From an uncultured archaeon (GTDB taxonomy: Archaea > Asgardarchaeota > Thorarchaeia > Thorarchaeales > Thorarchaeaceae): a stretch of 44,262 nt of DNA. Numbering within the stretch: position 1 is the first letter of the stretch; each line of letters starts with the position of its first letter. Positions 39,601 through 44,262 of the stretch are shown here, piece by piece. The notes beneath the pieces are model-generated. The model was not told where the DNA came from, ran no database searches, and worked only from the letters and a program-made list of their open reading frames with translations. A program made the translations under genes and the position numbers. The stretch is taken from contig CAYYQL010000019.1 in the NCBI GenBank assembly GCA_964473825.1, positions 1 through 44,262 of the forward strand, in the 5' to 3' direction.

Positions 39601-39698
39601 AATACCTGCATCTCAAGAAGGCCAGCTGTTTGAAGCATCTGGTCAATCTCTGATGCCTGGACAGAACACTCATTCTCAGGAATTGCGGCTCCCAGCAT
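36627..39698 (-). CDS. Ski2-like SF2 DEAD/DEAH helicase, Hachiman HamB-like (frame is open up to 39776)
   Basis: MPTSAGKT, TPEKLD, FDEAD, AYHHG, ATPTIAYGVNFP and NIAGRVGR motifs; long helical N-terminus; follows a nuclease gene. Confidence 0.8.
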   Translation of the reverse strand: MLGAAIPENECSVQASEIDQMLQTAGLLEMQVFAKCVEGDTEDIHDLSARAFSFYCTVPVPDNMTDLLTHLVKASCLGVLGERSIDVSKWLETLVPSLSSQDSSWPETVYRGIMRTFLLLVRKGNWDELKNAVESIQKLREWQLEKEGEYLKGRNKGFPAATELLALYHLARAVEILGKFLISGERIPTEDGLQHHFGRALKLAEDSGLARLTTISIWIRQAAAKLIESSIWTLLAETETTLSDMIRHLASPDKGGPILELWPAQRDAIYQYDLLKHATPAIVVTMPTSAGKTLLAEFKIVYTLENTSESWVAYIVPTRTLVNQVAVDLRVDLEPLGYRVEKAVPVSEIDPTEEALVEEGGFDILVTTPEKLDLLLRSGRVGETSRKLRLVVFDEADSLRGSRNNNERPLKSEMLLTTLKLDCEEARFLLLAPSIPNSRNLAEWLGGTEGTDIRLEWRPNKQFIGFAKPVGWGKDWQFRLEPLYTSHETLAFQGEIDCCSNPGMKLTKSQLAKYQVAAIFGHFLSARGNLVVYSQKTTYARKIANFLSDLCADTDHPDIELVCRFLEMEYGSEYDLVSLLRKGIAYHHGKVSEEVRFLVEWLMRRNRLRVLVATPTIAYGVNFPISSLILNDYLIGQPPKPMSSDLFWNIAGRVGRAHQDLVGLIVFTNKDDDKDLNSFVNRSVDNLVTGLQQIVIDTVLKAGRVNLEHAFKVDSAWSSFIQYLTHAYRQMEGKEDIKNHIDTLVQATLGYQNLLKSNPNEAQKLLDGCREFSESLLSYSDDLLERVDRTGFSPQSVQMISSSSEKIELGEYVNVESLLQPGGPFLSQFAAMLKQIPEIESKLEDISSDQLKKAIALWVKGVPVSQIAVPTIFDMNNVIERIDAAVDLIHSIRVFGSWGLGALIESMRTNKGFEGLDLRKKYEILSLPAMAYFGIDTLEGMVLCNAGVPRAAAKLMADAFREFLDGSMPSIRKAREWLSSLEHGAWQDEALSNLALDPPDLRKIWAILSGYTVPGRNLQPFEK

Positions 39699-39765
39699 GA
39701 GCTTGGCAGAGGTTTCTTTTGCGTCAGAGAGCTGATCTGAAGTCCATAATTGGTATTCTTCATTA

Positions 39766-40539
39766 TCAGGCGACAGTCATATCAATCCTCCCTCTTAGTT
39801 CAAGAAGGCAATTTTCGAATGGCAGTTGAATGTAAAGTGCAATCAGAACAACCTTAGGTGATGATGAGTTAGAGTATCGTTGTAGCACAACATCTAGGTC
39901 CCTTCTGTCTGGTTGTGTGTCCTTCACAAGCAAGCCATGTATCTTATATCTGCCATCTTTGTGTTGTTTCAGTGCCTCCATAAATCGATCGATCTTACCG
40001 AGTTTGCTGCACCTTATATAGAGCCAATGAATTGCGTACGTGGCTCTCTTGCCCTGCAGAGACACGAGTTGGCTTATTAGTCCGTCTTTGCCATAGAGAC
40101 ATCGTGGTGGGGCTCCATCACTTGTCGTCTTTACTTCGCCAAATGCAAAGAAGGTCGAGCCGTCTTCCTCAGAAAAACCAATGATATCTGCTCCTGCGCC
40201 ACTCTCTCGCGCGTTCTTCTCATCCCAGAAAACTGACCAAGGAAGTTCAACTCGAGAGGTTTGCTGAAGGTAGCATGTTGCAAGAAGTTGGCCAAGCTTC
40301 GGCTTGTCAAGATACCTTGTCTGCCGGATATCTTCCTGGAGGTAATCAAGACTGAATTGGGTTGAGGTTGCCTGCTGTAAGTCTTCTTCTGACAGTTGAA
40401 CCAAATGCCTCCTCAGGCACGGAATAAAATCCCCGCAGAGATACGTAAGGAAATCATCACCACTTAGAGCCTTCATCCCGAGCATTTCCACAGAACCAAT
40501 TGATTCACTGTATTCCTGTACCCACAAACGGATCACCAA
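39766..40539 (-). CDS. PD-(D/E)XK nuclease-like protein, Hachiman HamA-like
   Basis: GADIIGF...FGEVKT motif; directly upstream of the helicase. Confidence 0.65.
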   Translation of the reverse strand: MVIRLWVQEYSESIGSVEMLGMKALSGDDFLTYLCGDFIPCLRRHLVQLSEEDLQQATSTQFSLDYLQEDIRQTRYLDKPKLGQLLATCYLQQTSRVELPWSVFWDEKNARESGAGADIIGFSEEDGSTFFAFGEVKTTSDGAPPRCLYGKDGLISQLVSLQGKRATYAIHWLYIRCSKLGKIDRFMEALKQHKDGRYKIHGLLVKDTQPDRRDLDVVLQRYSNSSSPKVVLIALYIQLPFENCLLELRGRIDMTVA

Positions 40540-41095
40540 GCATGTTGACGCATCGCCTCAGAGGCAGGAGTATCTTCGGAATATGCTTTGGAGCACCGCT
40601 CGAATTCCCCATTCAAATTTTGGCAGTTGGACAAAGACACCGTTCGCTGAGTGCTTTCAGCCACTATTTGTCCCAATATCAAACGCCTCCAATTGCTAGC
40701 TTGATGTATCTGATATAAGTATTCTCTGCAGAATGGCTCTGTAAAATAATTCTCATATTGTTCACGAAATGAATTCTGTGAGCAACGAAATGGGTCTCTT
40801 CTGATAGTTTTGAGTTGCTCCATACAAGTTTTCCTTCATCTAAGCCATGTGAACTCGATTTATTTTACAGGGCCCTGCAGAATGACACTCTACGTTCATG
40901 GATCTAGACACTACCCAATGAAAGCAGATGGTCGTCCTTCCTAGCGCACCCTATTCTTGCCTCTAAGTATTACGTCTGTCAAAATGATTGGTTAGGCCCG
41001 TATTATCTAATTCAATAGAGAGTGGTTAAAGTGAATCGACCAGGAATATGAGATGAAAACACCACGTCAGAGATTCGGGCCGGACAGGTCCTGCA

Positions 41096-41123
41096 CCGCA
41101 AGGGCGCGCTGGTCGCACTCCTT
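41096..41123 (+). repeat. Partial copy of the post-SECIS hairpin region (36454-36481)
   Basis: CCGCAAGGGCGCG(CT/TC)GGTCGCACTCCTT, 26/28 identical. Confidence 0.8.
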
Positions 41124-41436
41124 CTATTACCACTCCTCGTCCAAGGTACAAAAGCAAAGTGAAACAATGGCTGTTCGCGGCAGCCTTGGGTTTCCCAAAG
41201 CTTCGAGAAAAATGGAGGCTCAACATAGTGTTTGGGCGAGCGATCCCCCGTGTTTCACCATATTGCTGGATGAAGTGTGAACGTCAATCCGATTCTTCAT
41301 TTGAGAGATAAAACGCACACCCTTCATTGGATTTCTGAATTCAAGGGATTTCGTATTATCTGCGAAAAATATGCAGGCTGCACTGAGGAAAAAGACCGAC
41401 CAGACATATCTTTCAGAGGGTTCTCGACAGGCTCTG

Positions 41437-43191
41437 CTATTCCCAATGCTGCTTGATGTACCTCAGTGTTTCTTCTAAATCGTAGTGCACAGTACTTCCC
41501 CCAGCTCGAACGTATAGGACTTGTCTTCCGTCCTTCTTCATGAAGACAGGATTTGGCGAACGTCGAACATCAACTCGGCAAATCTCCACTCCATTAGAAA
41601 CCGGGAAACTTACCATGTAGTATTTTCTGAAGGCCCCTCCAACTTCTCTATTGAATATGTTGGTCAGATGAATCTCAAACCTGTCCGAGTCCTTTCTGCT
41701 GCTGAAGGATGCGTAGTCGTCCTCCAGTCCGAGGACTTCGCCTTCATCATCTACCCCGATGAGAAGGGTTCCTCCCTCAGAATTCATGAAGCCGCAAATT
41801 GTCTTCAGAACTGGCTTCCACAATTCCTTGTTTGGTTTCCCTTCTTCATAGCTATATATCAATGAAGACTTGAATTCTAGAAAGCGGGATTCTTTAGATT
41901 GTATTAGCTCCTCTACACTCAGATTCCGGAGTTTCTCTGGCGCGAAGGCATGTGGACTCTTTCTATACCAAAACCAAAACCCCCCAAGAAACACAAGCCC
42001 TCCAACCCACATTGAGGATCGAATAGTGACCAGTTGAATCATAGATGTTGGTGAGTACGACTTGGGCACTTGAATGATATATCCGTCGGCCGTTCCAATG
42101 TAGAGATAATCCCGTCCGGTATTCTCGGGAACGAGAATCGACCGAGGGTCTGCAGGATACCGGTTGAGTTTCATTTGCTCTCTAGTAATCTTTGCAACGA
42201 CGGTTTGGTCATCTCTATCCAAATCAAAATACGCTAGACCTCCATAAGTGCCAACATATAGTAGTTTCTCATCTTTGTCAAATCCAAATGCATTGACTCT
42301 TCGTGATTCGAGACCGTCATCTTCTGTCAATCTAGATCTGACTAGATTCGCGTGTGTACCATTCTCTTGGAATATGAATAAGCCATTATCGGTTCCAACG
42401 TAGATCTTGTGATGGTACTGATAGTATTCAATGCAGTTCACGGATATCCAGTCCCCAAACTCATCCTTCTCTGAATAGGTGAAGTTCTTTCCGGTCCTCA
42501 AATCGATGAAAGAGAATCCCCGATCCGTACCTGCTAATAGAATATCCCCCCGAATCTGCATACTCCTAACATAGTTGGAGGGAAGCCCATGTGACGTGTT
42601 GATGAACCTAATCTCTCGCGAAGCCATGAGGCATTCAACGATTCCAAAGCCCGGACTACCAAAGAAGACCCTAGAATTGGCACCATCATCATAGTATTCG
42701 ACTTCTTCGAATCTCATGTCCTCGGTCATATTGCGGATGAAGAAGGATTGGAATTCATAGGTTGAAGAGGGATATGTGTGTGTGTAATGATATACTGAAC
42801 CGTTCTCTCTTCCGGTTGTGTAGAAATGACTGAATCCTGATAGATATGGTTCTATATCATATGCGTGGGTAGTCCATGTACTATTGTCCATTTTGATTGG
42901 TCCAGTAATATTTCGGTTTCCTCTATCATAGAAGTATAATCCGTCCAGCCCCTGGAAAATAATCTCGAACTCATTTGGGTCAGCAAAAGCCATAGGTCTG
43001 ACAGTATAACCACCATAGGGGCCGACATGTGTCCAGATTAAATCCTCATAGTTTGGCTGAAGATAGTGTACGTCTAATGTTGCCACAGTGGGAAGTACAA
43101 GGAATGTCACTATCAGCATTTGCAAGAACCGCCTGTTTGTCCATCTTAGGCTTCGCTGTTCAATCTCAGGCTTCGTCTCCCTGATAGTCAT
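41437..43191 (-). CDS. Membrane-anchored protein: signal/TM, beta-propeller ectodomain, TM, cytoplasmic Schlafen/AlbA_2 domain
   Basis: GLPSNYV/GLESRRV and LYVGTYGGL propeller repeats; TM MWVGGLVFLGGFWFWY-RK; ES..LEFKSS, CGFMNSEGGTLLIGVDD.G...G and YVRAGGST motifs. Confidence 0.85.
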   Translation of the reverse strand: MTIRETKPEIEQRSLRWTNRRFLQMLIVTFLVLPTVATLDVHYLQPNYEDLIWTHVGPYGGYTVRPMAFADPNEFEIIFQGLDGLYFYDRGNRNITGPIKMDNSTWTTHAYDIEPYLSGFSHFYTTGRENGSVYHYTHTYPSSTYEFQSFFIRNMTEDMRFEEVEYYDDGANSRVFFGSPGFGIVECLMASREIRFINTSHGLPSNYVRSMQIRGDILLAGTDRGFSFIDLRTGKNFTYSEKDEFGDWISVNCIEYYQYHHKIYVGTDNGLFIFQENGTHANLVRSRLTEDDGLESRRVNAFGFDKDEKLLYVGTYGGLAYFDLDRDDQTVVAKITREQMKLNRYPADPRSILVPENTGRDYLYIGTADGYIIQVPKSYSPTSMIQLVTIRSSMWVGGLVFLGGFWFWYRKSPHAFAPEKLRNLSVEELIQSKESRFLEFKSSLIYSYEEGKPNKELWKPVLKTICGFMNSEGGTLLIGVDDEGEVLGLEDDYASFSSRKDSDRFEIHLTNIFNREVGGAFRKYYMVSFPVSNGVEICRVDVRRSPNPVFMKKDGRQVLYVRAGGSTVHYDLEETLRYIKQHWE

Positions 43192-43194
43192 ATG

Positions 43195-44157
43195 TCAAAG
43201 AGCCTCCAGTATTCGCAAGATGCTGTAGAGTGAATTATGTATCGTATGTATGGCCCAAGGATGAGTGATTTTGTTAGATGATACCCAAACTGCTCCGAAT
43301 GTTAGGCCAAATCCGAGTCTGGTCAGGAGCGCACTCAGCATTGAACTGACCGGATCGAAGAGAACTCGTGAATATTGCGCATCAGAAACAAAGTGAAGAA
43401 ACGCAAATATCGTTGAAGAAACAAGTAGGCCCATCACCCTGCTTCCGAAATACTGCGAGAGTCTCGGTTGAGCTATGGCTCGAAAGACCAATTCTTCAAC
43501 GAAACCCGTTATTATCCCGAGGGATATAATTAGGGATATCATACGCGTGAAGATCTCGGGTGTTATGAGTAACGGCAAAGCTCTAGAGAGTGGTATTAGA
43601 CGAAACAAGAAAACGATGACCAAGGCCATCAAGACGACCTTTGTGAGATTGTCTTCATCTCCATCACCTTGCCCAAAAAAAAGAGGTTTCAAAGATTGGC
43701 CCCAACCCCGAGTCAAAATCAGTACAATCGGAATAGAACCGATAAGAAGCAAAATGCCTGAAAAGAGAACGCCGAAACCCTCTAGGAGCGGCAGAACGAC
43801 CCATGCAGCAGTTAGATAGAGCAAAATGATGAGAGTTGCTTCTTCGAGCGGATTGATGTAGAGCTTGATTGTATTTGACAACTCGTGACTATAGGCACTT
43901 ATCAGCAAATAGGCAAGAACTAATGAAGTTAGACCAAGAACCAAGATAGAGATGTCTGAATAGGTGATTGCAGCTGCGACTGCTAGCGATGAAACGAAAA
44001 CCACAAACACCTGCAGGATTGCCTTGTCGCGTTCAAAAATAGGTAATGTGTGTCTTTCCTCCGGCCCCTGCCTTTCAGGGATATTTGCGTCATCTACTTG
44101 CACAGTACTACACGCCCCAATATGCGATTCTCTGATTCTTGATATGTAGGTATCCAA
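43195..44157 (-). CDS. CPBP (CAAX/Abi) family intramembrane metalloprotease
   Basis: Multiple TM segments; EELVFR, FAFLH and HTIHN motifs. Confidence 0.9.
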   Translation of the reverse strand: MDTYISRIRESHIGACSTVQVDDANIPERQGPEERHTLPIFERDKAILQVFVVFVSSLAVAAAITYSDISILVLGLTSLVLAYLLISAYSHELSNTIKLYINPLEEATLIILLYLTAAWVVLPLLEGFGVLFSGILLLIGSIPIVLILTRGWGQSLKPLFFGQGDGDEDNLTKVVLMALVIVFLFRLIPLSRALPLLITPEIFTRMISLIISLGIITGFVEELVFRAIAQPRLSQYFGSRVMGLLVSSTIFAFLHFVSDAQYSRVLFDPVSSMLSALLTRLGFGLTFGAVWVSSNKITHPWAIHTIHNSLYSILRILEAL

Positions 44158-44204
44158 ATTTAAGGTTTCGAATTCCTATATCCTCTTTCCCACTCGGCAC
44201 ATTG

Positions 44205-44262
44205 TGTGGCGCTCATTTCGTCGTGGTTGACGATGAGGGTCGCGAGATAGTCCGGAAGGAGT
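44205..44262 (+). repeat. Duplicated 3' part of vhuU (att-like direct repeat)
   Basis: Matches 36338-36395 with 3 synonymous differences; the sequence upstream is not homologous to vhuU. Confidence 0.9.

Larger units (their letters stand above)
36338..44262. mobile_element. Putative integrated island at the vhuU 3' end, bounded by direct repeats 36338-36395 and 44205-44262 (truncated by window end)
   Basis: 58-bp repeat with 3 mismatches, an AT-richer interior and defence-type cargo on the opposite strand. No integrase seen inside. Confidence 0.7.

Noticed and set aside
39506-39763. 85-aa ORF suggesting a frameshifted helicase N-terminus
   Set aside because: The helicase frame is itself open up to 39776, so no frameshift is needed; probably a shadow ORF.
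40533-41280. Small ORFs upstream of the HamA-like gene as third component or integrase remnant
   Set aside because: No recognisable motifs and no tyrosine or serine recombinase signature.

Overview
Archaeal DNA, most likely an Asgard archaeon (Thorarchaeia-like). This is inferred from the eukaryote-type SECIS after vhuU and from gene content. The window has three zones. (1) 1-21 kb is a type I-D CRISPR-Cas locus: cas1-cas2-cas4, then cas10d, a separate small-subunit gene, csc2/cas7, csc1/cas5, cas3', cas6, csa1/cas4a and csa3. Two outward-facing arrays (at least 36 and 18 repeats) with homologous leaders bracket it, and two paralogous ~550-aa tandem wHTH/Lrp-like proteins flank array 2. Several intergenic gaps hold long, apparently highly structured non-coding RNAs: ~4950-5420, ~19030-19350, ~14430-14560 (minus strand) and ~18685-18795. 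Array 2 ends in a tail of degenerate repeats. (2) 21-36.4 kb is metabolic: amidohydrolases, a PreA/DHODH-like flavoprotein, two AORs with ferredoxins, MoaD/SAMP, a PfkB kinase, an M24 peptidase, and a vhuDGAU [NiFeSe] hydrogenase operon. Its selenoprotein gene vhuU is missing from the ORF track. (3) 36.4-44.26 kb is an AT-richer island bounded by a direct repeat of the vhuU 3' end that differs only at synonymous positions. It carries a Hachiman-like nuclease/helicase pair and an operon of a CPBP intramembrane protease with a membrane-anchored beta-propeller-Schlafen protein. The best candidates for novelty are the Cas-embedded structured RNAs, the vhuU/SECIS-targeted cassette island and the receptor-like Schlafen module. 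All RNA folds and domain calls were made by eye, with no tools.
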